16,659 bases of DNA from contig JBHGBC010000135.1 of NCBI GenBank assembly GCA_041946805.1, positions 1 through 16,659 of the forward strand. Direction: 5' to 3'. The translations under genes were made by a program, and so were the position numbers. This stretch comes from a bacterium (lineage in GTDB: Bacteria; Hinthialibacterota; Hinthialibacteria; Hinthialibacterales; Hinthialibacteraceae). Positions 16,382-16,659 of the stretch are shown piece after piece. Numbering within the stretch: the stretch's first letter is position 1; every line of letters begins with the position of its first letter. The notes under the pieces were generated by a model. It searched no databases and was not told the origin of the DNA. It was given only the letters and a program-made list of their open reading frames with translations.

Positions 16382-16659
16382 CTCCTGCCCAAGCAGGCAA
16401 GATGCCTGTATCACAAAAAGGCCTTCCCTCACCCTGGCCCTCTCCCAGAGGGAAAGGGGGAAGTAAGAGGGGAGCTTTCGTTGGTGGGCTACGCGGCGCC
16501 TTGAGCCCACCCTACGGGGCATCCGGGTTACTCCTGCCCAAGCAGGCAAGATGCCTGTATCACAAAAAGGCCTTCCCTCACCTTGGCCCTCTCCCAGAGG
16601 GAGAGGGGAAAGTAAGAGGGGAGCTTTCGTTGGTGGGCTACGCGGCGCCTTGAGCCCAC
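16382..16659. repeat. 149-bp tandem repeat built from three REP-like families; second copy truncated by the window end
   Basis: Unit 1 is 16382-16530 and unit 2 is 16531-16659, with 3 mismatches over the 129 comparable bases. Each has a GCAGGCAAGATGCCTG hairpin, a CCCTCACC..GGGA.AGGG hairpin and a GGTGGGCT..AGCCCAC hairpin. Confidence 0.95.

Noticed and set aside
12076..16392. Long minus-strand ORFs (764 aa and 502 aa)
   Set aside because: Antisense shadows of the GC-biased protease gene with no recognisable motifs.
16382..16659. Possible CRISPR array
   Set aside because: The sequence between the hairpins is also repeated, so there are no unique spacers, and no cas genes are present.

Overview
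Bacterial window with GC-rich coding regions and ten protein-coding genes; no RNA genes, CRISPR array or transposase seen. In order: a peptidoglycan-binding + CHAP hydrolase (+); a secreted DUF1080-ThuA fusion and a ketose 3-epimerase-family TIM barrel (+); a five-gene minus-strand run (prepilin-like protein B, 7-blade FG-GAP propeller, ECF sigma factor, zinc-finger/FecR anti-sigma factor, prepilin-like protein A); a divergent YdjY-like putative lipoprotein (+); and a 1780-aa modular M4 (thermolysin-family) protease containing a tandem pair of ~164-aa domains I cannot assign (+). Several intergenic spaces (154-368, 1479-1551, 3150-3355, 4299-4770, 16352-16659) are mosaics of about six families of short palindromic REP-like elements. 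Some show compensatory base changes, one set forms a symmetric ~175-bp REPIN-like doublet, and a three-family unit is amplified as a 149-bp tandem repeat that runs off the window end. The best candidates for undescribed biology are the ECF/anti-sigma pair embedded among pilin-like and integrin-like genes with no TonB receptor, the modular repeat system, and the duplicated protease domain. All family calls come from motifs recognised by eye; no searches were run.
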